IMG/VR virus record: IMGVR_UViG_3300028805_004760
Span: 96,001 to 160,000 of that record
Length of the DNA stretch: 64,000 nt
Reading direction: 5' to 3' (one strand)
Source: a virus
Taxonomy: Duplodnaviria > Caudoviricetes
Shown piece after piece: positions 51,155-63,558 of this stretch (the first letter of the stretch is position 1; every line of letters starts with the position of its first letter). The position numbers were made by a program, and so were the translations under genes. The notes under the pieces are model-generated. The model saw only the letters and a list, made by a program, of their open reading frames with translations. It searched no databases and was not told the DNA's origin.

Positions 51155-51472
51155 TTACTTTAATTTAATTCCATAATTTGCGCCACGTTTACAAAATGTG
51201 AATGTACCTTGTAATTTACCATGATCCAATTTTATAGCTATATCATCAAAATCTGTCATAAACATTTGCATATTTTGTAGATTAGTTTCTGACCAAAAAT
51301 AAATTACACATGATGAACGTCCTCTTCCATATCCAACATAACTTATAGTATCTTCCCATTCATAATTATCTTTTTCTTCATCATATGAATCTCCTTGATA
51401 CCATTGTACTTTTCCTTTGTTTAAATGTAATTTCCAATTACTCATAATTTTAATAAATTTTAATATATTCAA
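51155..51472 (-). CDS. Hypothetical phage protein
   Basis: GRGRSS and FTFCKRGANYGI motifs. Confidence 0.7.
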   Translation of the reverse strand: MNILKFIKIMSNWKLHLNKGKVQWYQGDSYDEEKDNYEWEDTISYVGYGRGRSSCVIYFWSETNLQNMQMFMTDFDDIAIKLDHGKLQGTFTFCKRGANYGIKLK

Positions 51473-51636
51473 TTAATTTCATATCATCTACCAATGACTT
51501 ATGTTAAATCACATTAAGTCATTAATAAATAAATATTATCAATTCAGAACTTATAGTTATCCCTGTATCGGATAACATTAATTTAAGTCAACAAACAATA
51601 TATAAATATTAAATATGTATATAATACAATACTTAT

Positions 51637-53559
51637 TTAATATAGTTCAATCTTAATTCCTTTTTCACGAGCTTTCTTCATTTTTCCCGTGTTACTATCA
51701 AATGAATTAGTAAATACAATTTGTACTTCCTTCCATGATGTGGTATTTCTATACTGAGGATTACACTTAAGAAACTCACCCTTTGACTTATAGTTATTTG
51801 GTTCACCAGTAAGAATTACGGGAATCTGATTAGATACGGTTTGTGTTGCTGCAATATGAACAGCTTTAAAATCATCCACGGTTTTTCCAAGATGTGAAAG
51901 AATATTATAAATATCATTCTTTTCATCTGAATAATCTTTAGTAACCCATTCATATCCCTGTGTTGCAAGATGTTCAAAATCTGCATTTCCAGTAAGCATA
52001 TATGTGGCGCACTGTTCAGCAACCTTAGAACCACAGAATCTAAAATTACAAGACTTAATAATATCTACTAATGAAAGATTTTTAAGTGTTTCTTCAAATG
52101 ATTTCTTTGCTTTATCTCCGGCCTTTCCAGAACCAGTACCAAAATAAATTTCTTCAGGTGAACAAAGAAGAATATTGTCGGGCAGTTTCTTTGTTGTTTC
52201 TCCAAAGAAATCTGCAGTCATTTCATCTGAATTAGTTCTTTCCAAATATTCAAAAATCTTTTTAGCAGTTTCATTACCAATATTTGGAATATTTAATGTC
52301 TGAGCAGAATTAATGAACATATTGCGAAGCATATCAGTTTCATTCAAAATTTTCATCAAATGAATATCTCCATCAATATATGTATTCTCAGGTACATTAA
52401 GTTTGCTAGAATCAAAATTATCTGTATTTGTTACTTTGTAAAGAAAAGGAATAATATCACCAGCAAGCGACATAATAATCTTTGAACCAACTGATACTTT
52501 CTTTTCCAAAAGATATCCATAATTATGACCTGAACATTTTTGAACCATTCGACCGTCCATTTCAACTGGCTTAACCCAAACAATAGGAGTTAATTCACCA
52601 GTTTTACCAAGATTCCAGGTAATATCCAATACTTCAGTTTCTTCAAGCATTGGAATGAACTTAATAGCCACACAATCTTTAGGACGACGCTCAGTAGTAT
52701 TATTGATACGTTCTTCAGCAATTGGCTTAATTACAATACCATCAAGCGCAAAAGTACATTCCTTACGAAATTCCGAATATTCTTCATAGATATATGCGAG
52801 ATGATCTTTGTCTTTATAAATAGGATAAATCTTATAATAATCAGGTAATACACCTCTTATATCATTTGAAAGAATTTCGTTTCCATCTTCATCAAAACAT
52901 AACTCTGTCCAATCTCTATCTATCCAAATACCATTGTTTAATGTACGAAAATCATAAATCATAATAGCGAGATCATTCAGCATTAATTTGAATTCAGGTT
53001 CATTAGAATAATCTCTATTAAGAACACCAGACACAAATGAACGAGGATTTGTAAATTGTTCGGCATATTCTTTTTCAAAAACTGATTTATGTACTAGTAC
53101 TTCTCCACGAAGTGTATATGTACCACCTAATTCATAAAAATACTTAGGAATTTTTGAATATAAATGTTTCTTAAGATCTTTTCCCCAATTACCATCACCA
53201 CGTGAAGAAATAGTTATATATCCATTATTTACATATACTTCAAATGAACAGCCATCATATTTTGGAGTAATAATATAATTACATTGCTTATCTGTATACT
53301 TAAGCATTTCATTATAATATTTATTCCAATCAATATTTCCTTCTTTATTCTTATGAATCTGTACCTTTGAAATAGAACCCATAATGAATGGGTGTTTAAC
53401 AGTATAAGAAGGATTACGACGAGTACCAACTTCAGATTTATTTTCCAACCCAAGTTCTTTCTCAAGTTGGTCAAACTCAAAGTCAGTCATAATTTCCTGT
53501 CCATTATAATAGGCTTCTTTAGCCTTAAAATATAATTCTAATTTTTCGTTCTTTGTCAT
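51637..53559 (-). CDS. ligA: NAD-dependent DNA ligase
   Basis: AYYNG..MTDFEFD, PKYDGCS, SRGDG, RGE, NPR, DGIVIK, AIKF, OB fold, BRCT-like end. Confidence 0.92.
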   Translation of the reverse strand: MTKNEKLELYFKAKEAYYNGQEIMTDFEFDQLEKELGLENKSEVGTRRNPSYTVKHPFIMGSISKVQIHKNKEGNIDWNKYYNEMLKYTDKQCNYIITPKYDGCSFEVYVNNGYITISSRGDGNWGKDLKKHLYSKIPKYFYELGGTYTLRGEVLVHKSVFEKEYAEQFTNPRSFVSGVLNRDYSNEPEFKLMLNDLAIMIYDFRTLNNGIWIDRDWTELCFDEDGNEILSNDIRGVLPDYYKIYPIYKDKDHLAYIYEEYSEFRKECTFALDGIVIKPIAEERINNTTERRPKDCVAIKFIPMLEETEVLDITWNLGKTGELTPIVWVKPVEMDGRMVQKCSGHNYGYLLEKKVSVGSKIIMSLAGDIIPFLYKVTNTDNFDSSKLNVPENTYIDGDIHLMKILNETDMLRNMFINSAQTLNIPNIGNETAKKIFEYLERTNSDEMTADFFGETTKKLPDNILLCSPEEIYFGTGSGKAGDKAKKSFEETLKNLSLVDIIKSCNFRFCGSKVAEQCATYMLTGNADFEHLATQGYEWVTKDYSDEKNDIYNILSHLGKTVDDFKAVHIAATQTVSNQIPVILTGEPNNYKSKGEFLKCNPQYRNTTSWKEVQIVFTNSFDSNTGKMKKAREKGIKIELY

Positions 53560-53561
53560 AA

Positions 53562-53846
53562 TTAATCCTGAATATATCCTAACCACCAAGTCTTATTCTT
53601 AAAAAATGTAGTGTTTAATTTTAAATCACATACATTTTCATAATTAAAGGATATAAAATATTCTCCAACAACTGTGTCATTTTCAATCGTAATAACTTCA
53701 ATTTTACCATCCCAACACCAAGCAACTTGACTCCATAAGCCAGTTTCTTTATTAAAACATAGAAGTTTTAAACCACCATTTTTTAGATTTTCAAAAACTT
53801 CATTTGGAGTTGCAATACGATCTTTAATTAAATTATATTTGCGCAT
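53562..53846 (-). CDS. Hypothetical protein
   Basis: Downstream of promoter motif 53864-53903. Confidence 0.7.
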   Translation of the reverse strand: MRKYNLIKDRIATPNEVFENLKNGGLKLLCFNKETGLWSQVAWCWDGKIEVITIENDTVVGEYFISFNYENVCDLKLNTTFFKNKTWWLGYIQD

Positions 53847-53965
53847 AGTTGTTGTTGTTTATTAACAAATATAATATAGTCATTTTTTAAATAATATTCA
53901 AAATTTACAAGTAAATTTATGAATTTATCATATTCAAAAAATAGATGGAATATTCCACCTATTTT

Positions 53966-55588
53966 TTAATATCTATGTTTACAACTTTCTTCAACTGTAT
54001 CTTTACTAAAGCTATATTTAATTGGTTCATTAGTATTACAATCAAAATATAAAGAATAGAAATAAGTCGTAACTATCCAAGGAGCATCACTTGGCCAAGC
54101 ATATTTCTTTCCTCTATGTTCGTTTTCATACGTACATTCCAACATATTTTTATCTTCTTCATATTTGATTTTAACAGAAGACAAATCATCAGCAAATTTA
54201 AATGGTGTTCCATTTACAATTGTAAAATAAAAATCTGAAGGCAATCTAGTAGAATGATATTCAGAAAAATCAACATTTGTAAATTCTCCTTCCGATTTTA
54301 TAATTTCCAATAATTGAGGTACGTTGATTGCTAAATATGAGAACAAATCAGTATCAAACGTTTCACAACGTGTATCTATATATGTTTTTTCACCATATCT
54401 ATTAGTTTCTACATATGTTTTCGGTATATAATCATCATGATACCTATATTGTTGATCATGTTTCCAATCCAAATATAACTTAAGATAATCTTTATTTATA
54501 TATTTGCTTGCATCAACATAGCATGTTTCATCTACTACATATTTTTCATAAGTTTCTCTATTCCATTGCGGATGATAATCTTCAACCTTCATTGGCTTTA
54601 GTTTAAGATAAACTGCAGGACACAAAAGATATTTACGTTTTTCTTCTTCTTTTAATTCTCGTATCTTACGATGGTAATCTCGAACATCAAACCAAATAAT
54701 TGAATTATTTTCATCTTTATAATTTTCACTCATAAAATTAATATATTCAACCCATGTATTTTGATATTTATCAGGATTCAAATATATTTCATTATAAAGA
54801 TCATCATATAAATTATTTCGTGTGAAATTACTTATAAAATCTATTAATTCTAATTCCTTTTTAGATAACTTATAAAATTCATATTCAATTAAATTTCCTT
54901 TCTTATCTTTACGAGGAACATGTTCATAAATGCCTTTATGTGTTTTCTTATCTTCTCCTTTATATTTAGATTCATATGATGGTTCTAAATTACTTTGTGT
55001 CTTATGTTTTTTAGCATATTTAAGATTTACATAATCTGCATTAACTTTATGATCATAAAAATATGTATATCCATCAGATACATATTCATTTTCTATCTTA
55101 TTATGATAATAATTACCATCAAGAAAACTTGTCAAATATGTATATACACTATTGCCTTTTAGTAATGCGTCTTTCTTTGGATAAATTCTCCAAACATTTT
55201 TTTCGTAATTATAAGTTTTTCCTTCATCAGGCGGTATGTATTGGAAAAACTTCAAACCATAAGTATCAGATACTTCTTCAAGTTCTTTTGCTGCCTTCTT
55301 TATAAGAATGTATTTAACTAATTTTTGAACATGACTTGCATAAGCTTCATTATCTAACTTAAGATCAATTAAATTAATTCCTTTAATTTTTTGTAATTCA
55401 TTAATTGAATATAATTTTGTTCTTAAGAAATTTTGATAAAAAGATTTACACTGAGCAATAATTGCTTTAGCTTTTTTATATTCTCCAATAAAATAAGATA
55501 GATTTTCGAAGTTGTTGAAGTCTGATGAATTATCAAGGAGTTGCTGATTTTGAATGTCAACAACTCCCTTTTTATCAATCTTCTTCAT
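53966..55588 (-). CDS. Hypothetical protein
   Basis: 540-aa ORF. Confidence 0.8.
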   Translation of the reverse strand: MKKIDKKGVVDIQNQQLLDNSSDFNNFENLSYFIGEYKKAKAIIAQCKSFYQNFLRTKLYSINELQKIKGINLIDLKLDNEAYASHVQKLVKYILIKKAAKELEEVSDTYGLKFFQYIPPDEGKTYNYEKNVWRIYPKKDALLKGNSVYTYLTSFLDGNYYHNKIENEYVSDGYTYFYDHKVNADYVNLKYAKKHKTQSNLEPSYESKYKGEDKKTHKGIYEHVPRKDKKGNLIEYEFYKLSKKELELIDFISNFTRNNLYDDLYNEIYLNPDKYQNTWVEYINFMSENYKDENNSIIWFDVRDYHRKIRELKEEEKRKYLLCPAVYLKLKPMKVEDYHPQWNRETYEKYVVDETCYVDASKYINKDYLKLYLDWKHDQQYRYHDDYIPKTYVETNRYGEKTYIDTRCETFDTDLFSYLAINVPQLLEIIKSEGEFTNVDFSEYHSTRLPSDFYFTIVNGTPFKFADDLSSVKIKYEEDKNMLECTYENEHRGKKYAWPSDAPWIVTTYFYSLYFDCNTNEPIKYSFSKDTVEESCKHRY

Positions 55589-57805
55589 TACTCACCAAGC
55601 AAATTAGCAACAGCTGTCATATCCTCCTTGAACTTATCTTCCTCACTCATATTCTTACGCAGAATCTTAATGGCCTTTTCAATAGACTCAAGCTTCTTAA
55701 CATCAGCCAACTCCTCAGCACACAACTTAAGGTCAGCTTCCCATGCCTCAGCAGTATAACCATAATACAAACGAGGTTCATTTGATGTTTTAACTAAACC
55801 AAGCTTAGACAAACCCAAAGTATCTACAGCAGAATCATCACCCTTTGTACCTTCCTTAATAATATTGAAAGCCTTAATAAGATATTCGACATCTGTAATA
55901 GCTTCAATATTGCATACGCCAGGCCATGCACGCTTTACCTTATACTCGTACTTCTTATTCTTAAGTACATCACGCTCACTCTCCAACTTGGCAATGTTAG
56001 CCAGCAAATTTTTTCTGTTAATAAGTTCCATAAATTTATTTATTTAAATGTTAAAAATTATTATCTATAAATGTTTGTTTGAATATTAAAATCTATATAG
56101 TTATCTGTATTAGATTTTTCAATACATTCTTCTATTTCATTTAATGTATTTTCTAAATTCTTTTCGTTTGATTTATCGTATGTATTTTCTATAAATTTAT
56201 CGTATTCTTTTTTAAATGCTTCTTTATTTAAATCCAATACTGGGTCCATAATATCAATATCTTTTGAAGATACTTCTTTATTACTTTCAAGTATATTAAT
56301 GTTTTCTATTAATTTGGGAATAAAAACACGCTCATATGATTTAGCTATCCATTTGCAAACATATCTTATTGTAGAATTATCATTAATTCTATTTGCTAAT
56401 TCCTCAAAAAATATTTTTTTAAATTTAAAATATCCTAATTTAGCTTTATAAATTAATAATTCATTAATTTCATTTTTTTCTCCAGGTTTCTTAACAAAAC
56501 GTTCTACAAACATGTAATTATCATGTTTATAGTAATTTATATTATATTCATAATCGCTAAATTTTATTTTATCAACAGAATCTCCAAATATGATTGAACT
56601 ATTTGATCCTTCTTCTATTTGATTTTTGTCAGAATATTCAAACAATATTTGTTGAACTTTTTTAATAAAATTAAAATTATTTTCAATATATTCCTCAGCT
56701 TTTTTTGATGATTTAATTGAAGGATCATTATAACAAGCTTCAGCTAAATCTTTACCAATATCTTCAACAAAATCCATTAAATTAATTTTGCGACATATAG
56801 CTGTAACAACTCTTTTCTGTTTATATTTTAATGAATATAAATATGTTTGTGCTGAAAGATATTCTGTTCCATCATTAATATAAGATAATTTGGCATCTAT
56901 TTTAATGTCAGGATCATATATGCAATCACTACGAAACTTAAATGTTCGATAATCAATATTTATTAAAGAACTAAATACATTATATAATTCTGTGTCTGTA
57001 AACTTACCGTTATGACCAATCATTTTAAATATATTTTTGAGTTGTGTTATTATAAATTGGCTTAATATGTTTAATATTAGTCCATTGTCCTGTTATAATC
57101 CATCGTCCTGATGAATTATCAAATTTATCTTTTGGTTCTTTATCAATTGATTCAAAACTCCAAACATATGTGCGAGGATAATAATGATAACATGTCCACC
57201 AAACAATTTTACCATTATAGAATCCTATACGATATTCATGATAATATATATGTTTATTACCCTCTTTATCTTTGTAAGATTGCTCAAATTTATGAATTGG
57301 TGCATCATACGCTTGTGCATCAATATGATTAATACCTACAGAATATAATGTACCTTCATATTCCCATGAATATTCATAATCATCCCAACGCTTATTAATT
57401 ATTTCATAAACTTGAGGTTTAGCTTTCTTTTGTACTAAATTACCTGATAAGATCTGTTTTTCAATTTCAAAAACATTTACTCTACGATCTTCAGCATATT
57501 CCCAAGGTGTTACTTTAATAAAGTGCTGTTTAGATACAATATATTTCCATACATTATTATGTTTATCAACAACGTATGGAAATATGTTATGATTTTTAAT
57601 CTTTATCATTTACTTTTAATTTTCTATTATATTCAATATCATAATCTGTTAAACACCGCCATTTATCAACAATGAAATAATCATTAAGCCATGATTCATA
57701 AGTTAATTTCTTTACGAATCCATCAAAATCATCAATTTCTACTTCATCCTTATTAAGGAAACGATAATTAAAATATTTACCAGTTTCTATTTGCTTACAA
57801 ATCAT
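55588..57805 (-). other. Four hypothetical genes (55588-56031, 56061-57023, 57025-57609, 57596-57805)
   Basis: Co-oriented, tightly packed ORFs. Confidence 0.75.
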
Positions 57806-57833
57806 TTCTTTATAAATTTATTAAAAGTAAAAT

Positions 57834-58367
57834 TTACTTTGCTAATTCTTTAAGTACGATTGGAATTATTTTATCTACTGCATCTCTTGATTCAACTTCA
57901 ATAAATTCAGCGTCAGCAAGATAATACAAATCTTTGATTTTAACATCTAATTCTAAAGACTGTTCATAATTATGAATTCTTCCATAGTCTTCAAATTCAA
58001 TATTACCACGTTTAATGAAAAAATCTAAATTCCAAAACTTATGATATTCATTTATAATTAATTTGTCAAACTCTGTATTATCTTCAGCTTTATATAAAAT
58101 ATTATTTATGAATGAACCATCATGAACAATAACATCAACTTTTCCTATTTTATTTGATATGTTATAATGTTCCATTCCAAATATAGCAATCTGATTGGTA
58201 GGCATTGTTTTATTTTCTTCATATATACGATCTTTTATATATTCAGAAACCAGTTCACAATGAACTCCCATTTTCTTCAGTCTTGCAAATAATTCAGCTG
58301 CAACGGTAGACTTGCCACTACAAGGACCACCTATTAAATTGATAACTAAAGTTTGCTTATAATCCAT
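57834..58367 (-). CDS. P-loop ATPase/kinase (NadR/AAA_28-like)
   Basis: INLIGGPCSGKST, ELVSEY, GRIH. Confidence 0.8.
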   Translation of the reverse strand: MDYKQTLVINLIGGPCSGKSTVAAELFARLKKMGVHCELVSEYIKDRIYEENKTMPTNQIAIFGMEHYNISNKIGKVDVIVHDGSFINNILYKAEDNTEFDKLIINEYHKFWNLDFFIKRGNIEFEDYGRIHNYEQSLELDVKIKDLYYLADAEFIEVESRDAVDKIIPIVLKELAK

Positions 58368-58441
58368 TTTCTACTAAACAATATATTTAGTATAAAATAG
58401 ATCAATTATTAACATTTATTTCTTAATGAAGAAGAATTAAT

Positions 58442-58855
58442 TTACTTCTTAATCCAATAAGAATAAACTGAAGATTTTAGACACTTATCTGATACATCAT
58501 AAATTTCACCATCAATAAAAGTAACAAAATAATCTGCCAAATTTAAAATCATTGTTCCTTTATTGAAATCTTTAATGAATTCTGTTACAGTAGGACGAGA
58601 TGTTCCTCTTTGAGGTTTTCCAAGTGTTACAAATTCATATCCGTGATTTTTCAAAACTTCATCAAACGCTTGCTTAGATGTCGCAACATTATAAATTTTT
58701 TTACCTGCTTCTGATAAAAGATCATAAGCTGCTTCCCATGTAATGTTCAATGCGCATGACAATGCTCGTACTGATGAATCATTAATATACCAGTTCTTAG
58801 GATTACCTGACTTGAAAAACTTACAAGTAGGATTAGGATTAAAATACTTTATCAT
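58442..58855 (-). CDS. Hypothetical phage protein, DCxxRA-family-like
   Basis: YFNPNP..DSSVRAL..WEAAY..DGEIYD. Confidence 0.65.
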   Translation of the reverse strand: MIKYFNPNPTCKFFKSGNPKNWYINDSSVRALSCALNITWEAAYDLLSEAGKKIYNVATSKQAFDEVLKNHGYEFVTLGKPQRGTSRPTVTEFIKDFNKGTMILNLADYFVTFIDGEIYDVSDKCLKSSVYSYWIKK

Positions 58856-59076
58856 ATTTATGTTTTTTAAAATGTTTACAAACTGTGTTAATATTTTTAA
58901 AAGTTGTCTTTATAATATTCTTAATATGTGATGTTCGATAATTACCAACATATGAACACCAAAAATAACTTAACTACTTATAATGCAACATATATTTTCT
59001 CCCAAATCTCTTCTATTTAAATTTTATATATTATAAATAGTTTAATATTAAAAAAATTCAAATATGGTTAAAATTA

Positions 59077-59382
59077 TCAAATATATAAATTATCTACTGC
59101 ATTATTCATGTTATTACCATCACGGTGCTTAATATGACCATTATATGCAGGACCAATAAATGTATCATAAACAACATGTGAAATCTGTAGTGATAGATAA
59201 TAATAACCTCCCCTGCACTTAACCTGTACCTTCATACGACGCTTATTACCATTTGTTGGTGTGGTTTTCAAAATATGACCCGTCTTCTTGTTACGAACCT
59301 TACCTGTATTAGACACCTCATAATTCTCATCAACACCAATGTAATACAAATTTTGTGAAATGGGCTTCCAAAATTCTTCCAT
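59077..59382 (-). CDS. NUMOD4/HNH endonuclease
   Basis: WKPI..YEVSNTGKVRN; HRDGNNMNNAVDNL. Confidence 0.8.
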   Translation of the reverse strand: MEEFWKPISQNLYYIGVDENYEVSNTGKVRNKKTGHILKTTPTNGNKRRMKVQVKCRGGYYYLSLQISHVVYDTFIGPAYNGHIKHRDGNNMNNAVDNLYI

Positions 59383-59443
59383 GTTTAATATTATTAAAAT
59401 TACAAATATAATATAGTAATTTAATTAAAAAATTCAAATATAA

Positions 59444-61492
59444 TTAAAGATATGTTCTCCAACTAGGTCCTTTTTCTAAATCAATAGTAACCCAGAGAGC
59501 TCCAGATGTATCAATATTCTTAATATAATAACAATCAACCTCTGATTGAAAAGGCAAATAATTTCCCCGTCCTACACGTTTATCTCCATAAAATAATGTA
59601 GTTACTTCATCAAATGAAACACGAGCAGTTGAAAACGGCATCAGACCGTTAACATCCTTTGCAACTTTGATTGCCTCACCATGACAATTAAAATTTGAAT
59701 AAGGAACATTAATATGAACTTTTGTCTTACCAAGTACTTCAGCAAGAGCTTTAGTAATTGAATCAAGTTGATAACCAGTTGGCATATAGCCACGAGCAAC
59801 AAACTTTTTTCTTAACTCCTCAATACCTTGTGTTTTCTTTTGTCCGAATTTCATATTTATTTGATTTTTACAAATATAATATAGTATTTTATTTAAAAAA
59901 TTCAAATATAATTAGATTTTAGAACATTCAGTTTTAATATTCAATGTATTAACAATCTTATTTACTTGTTTAATTATATGTTCTCCATTTTTATCAATCC
60001 ATAAACTTTCAAAAATTTGTAATTCATCTTTAAGTTCATCTAATGTATGTCTAGTGACTTCATACCATATATGTATAGGAAAAGATAATTCATGATCTTC
60101 TATATGATAGTTATCAACCTTAGAAATATCAAACTTACCTGTTGGCTTACCATCAAATCCATGTTCTTGACAATTACGATAACGAGTTTCCAACATCAAA
60201 TATTTGGCAGCTATTTTTTCTTTTGGAGTCATAATTTAATATTCTTAATAATATTGTCTTTTTTATCTTTAACTTTTTTAATTTTATCGTTAATTGAATT
60301 AATTAATACTGTCATATCGACATCTGATGCAGTTGCAGCTTTATTAGTATCTTCTAATTGTTTATATAAGTTAACTAGAGTTTCATCACAACTCAATATT
60401 TCATATTTAACTTTTTTAATTTCAGCATTGCACGATGCTTCATTTTTATCAAAGTAAAAATATGCTTCATTATTACGTTTTATATTATATTTATTAATGA
60501 TATCTTCTAATTCTTTAAGAAATATTTCCAATTCTTTATAAGAACAAAATTTTATATAATTATTGTTTTCTTGATCTTTTGCATTATATTTAGACTCTAA
60601 ATATTTTTGAATTTCTTCCCAATTAGATTTTTCATCATCATTAATAACTTCAGGATAAAAAAATCCTATCTTACCAATAGCTTCATTTTTCTTAAAAAGA
60701 TTTTTTGAAACATACCAATCAATAAATAATCTTGGTGATGTTCCCAATGTTACACCTATATAATTGCTACCATTAAAATTTTTTTTATTTGGTTTTCCTG
60801 CTGCCCATCCATTTGCGTAATCAAAATAAATTTGGGGAGTCCAAAGTAAATCAATACAAACATTGTTGCCAAAAAATTTTGGCTTACAAGTTTCTATTGC
60901 AGATTTAATTTTTTCATAGTTAAAAGTTTTTTTAACTCTTTCGTTATATTTTAAATCAATCATATTAATTTTTATTTTTTAAAACTGCTAATCTATTTTT
61001 AATTTCATCAAGTGAATCAATTCCACTTTCAATAATACGAATTGCTTTTTCTAATGTATCAATTTCGTATGGCTTTCGAAGTTCTTCACATTTCTTTTCA
61101 CATTCATCTTTATCAAATGTAATAAATTTCCAAACCGATTTATCTCCAACATATTTATTAAAGAATTTATGCATTAACATAAGAACCATAAGCATCTCCT
61201 CATAATAAAGATTAATAGCAAAATCTTTAAAATGATACCATTTTTTAACACCAGAATCTTTTAATGCATCCCAAAATAATTCATGACCTCTAAAATCAAA
61301 ACAACTACAAACTGTATATTTGTCATTAGAATGTTTATCAATCGACAAACAATAATCTGTCATTCGATTCTTACCTGTAGCATCAGTATATAAAATACGA
61401 ACTCCCCACAAACAGTGTAGTCTATCTCCATTATTCATCTTAAGAAGCTTAATCTTAAGATCTTCTAAATTCTTCGAATCTAATGTATTCAT
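59444..61492 (-). other. Four hypothetical genes (59444-59854, 59912-60232, 60229-60963, 60965-61492)
   Basis: Co-oriented ORFs with promoter motifs at 59868-59907 and 61523-61551. Confidence 0.7.
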
Positions 61493-61644
61493 ACTATTTT
61501 TGTTTGATTTTTATATAATATTAATATAGAAATTTGCTTTATTAATTCAAATATTATATAATTTAATATTATATTTATATTTCTTTAACAATTGAACATA
61601 TAGTATTAAATAAACTATATTTTTTAAAATTAAAAAGTTTAAAA

Positions 61645-62553
61645 ATGATAGATTTTTCTAATGTAAATATTAATAAAGCATTAAAAAAGATTAGTATTTC
61701 TACTGCTTTAGATACTTTATTTACACCTTTTGATACAGAAGGTGTAGCAGCAAATACATATAACAAGCATTTTAATAATCCTCAATCAGAGTATTATCAT
61801 ATGACAGTTGAACAGATTATGGAAGTATGGTCTGCAAAGGGTGCAACATCAACTCATTATGGTTCATTACTTGATGATTATATTGGGAGTATATTAACTG
61901 GAACTGATAATGATAGAAGATTATTTAAATTAGATAACGGATATGATTATGATGAAAGACTACACAGTCTTTGTGATTCGTTTGATAATTTCTATTCAGT
62001 ATTAAGTAAGTCAGGAGATACAGAATTTATTGATAGAGAAAAATATTTATACTTAAAAGTAAAAGATCCTGATACTGGAGAAGATATGTATATGTATGGA
62101 CGTTTTGATGCTTTATTTAGAAATAAACGTACTGGTAAATACATATTAATTGATTGGAAGTCTTCAGGCACAATTGATAAAGTTGCTAATAAATGGACTA
62201 AAAAGATGTTAGGTCCTATGTTTAAATATCCACAACTTAATTGGTTTAGATATACATTGCAACTATATTTCTATAAACAAGCATTATTAGAAGGTGGATA
62301 TTTACCTGAAGGAACATCACCAGATGATATTATTGTAATGATTGTTAATCTTCCTGGTAAGATAATTGAAGATGTAGGTACAAATTACCAAACTCATACG
62401 GGTGCAATGCCTTATGACAATAATATAATGAATACTTTTTATAAATTTGCTATTCAGAAAACAAATTTAATGAAAAAGAATGAAGTTAAAGAACAAGAAA
62501 AAACAAAAGTAGAAACAAAAACAGAAGAAACTAATATAGAAGATATTTTTTAA
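61645..62553 (+). CDS. PD-(D/E)xK Cas4-like exonuclease
   Basis: GRFDALF..LIDWKS..YTLQLYFY. Confidence 0.85.
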   Translation: MIDFSNVNINKALKKISISTALDTLFTPFDTEGVAANTYNKHFNNPQSEYYHMTVEQIMEVWSAKGATSTHYGSLLDDYIGSILTGTDNDRRLFKLDNGYDYDERLHSLCDSFDNFYSVLSKSGDTEFIDREKYLYLKVKDPDTGEDMYMYGRFDALFRNKRTGKYILIDWKSSGTIDKVANKWTKKMLGPMFKYPQLNWFRYTLQLYFYKQALLEGGYLPEGTSPDDIIVMIVNLPGKIIEDVGTNYQTHTGAMPYDNNIMNTFYKFAIQKTNLMKKNEVKEQEKTKVETKTEETNIEDIF

Positions 62554-62555
62554 AT

Positions 62556-63558
62556 ATGAAAACATTTAAAGATTTAGTGCCAGGTGATATAATTTATTAT
62601 TATGATCATTGTAAAATGAAACCTCGTAAAGTTGTTAAAATTGAATTGAGAAATGAAGTTGAACAATTATGGGATGGTGGGTATCTTTTATTATATTGCG
62701 AACATGGATATCAACCAATTAAGATTCATCCAATTTGGCATGATTCAGGAATGGCATATCATGGAAGTTCAAAATATTTTTCATGTAAAGAAGCAGCTCA
62801 AAAAGAAATGAATATACTTATTCAACATAGAGAATATAGAGTAGCAAAGTTCAAAAAACAATTAGAGAAAGAAACTAAAATATTAACAAATTACAAAATT
62901 TTATAATTATGACATTTCCATTGATTAATAACGTTTATTTATTTGAGGGTGAAGAAGTATGTGTTGGTGCTCAAACACTTTTTTATAAAGTATATTTAAG
63001 AACAATACCTAAAGAAGGTGGCAGTATATATTCAACCGCCAATTGGTGGAAATTTATGCTTAATGCTAAATACTTAAAAGAATTACCAAAAGTATCTTCA
63101 GCATATTAAAAATATCATACATGATATGATTAATATATTTAAAAAATTAGAACCAAATTCAAGATGGACATATAATGATTTAACAATAGTTGTTGAATCA
63201 GCAAATTTGTTTTATGTAAGTTGGTATTATTTAGATGAGTGGTGGAAAACACAACCCAGAAAAGTGCACTTGCATAAAACAAATAGATTATTTTTTATAC
63301 TTAATGCAAACGAATATGCTTACTTATAAAGGATTTGAATTTTATTATGATCCACTGATTCATAGATTAGCTGCTTGGAATAAAGATTATGCAATATCAA
63401 TTAGCATATTTCTAACCGAATGTCAAGAATGTTGTTTAGTAAAATTATTTGGTAATAATGGAGCTAAAGATGTATTAACTAATAATATGAAAAAATGGAT
63501 TAATAATTACTTAAAATATATAGAAGAACAGAATGAATTTTGTAAAACCAAAGTTTGA
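62556..63558 (+). other. Four small hypothetical genes (62556-62906, 62909-63109, 63126-63329, ~63316-63558)
   Basis: Tightly packed co-oriented ORFs. Confidence 0.7.

Noticed and set aside
16231-61766. Short antisense or nested ORFs in the track (e.g. 16231, 21449, 23170, 26891, 39496, 45238, 55063, 60092, 61575)
   Set aside because: They are shadows of longer, well-supported genes on the opposite strand or frame.
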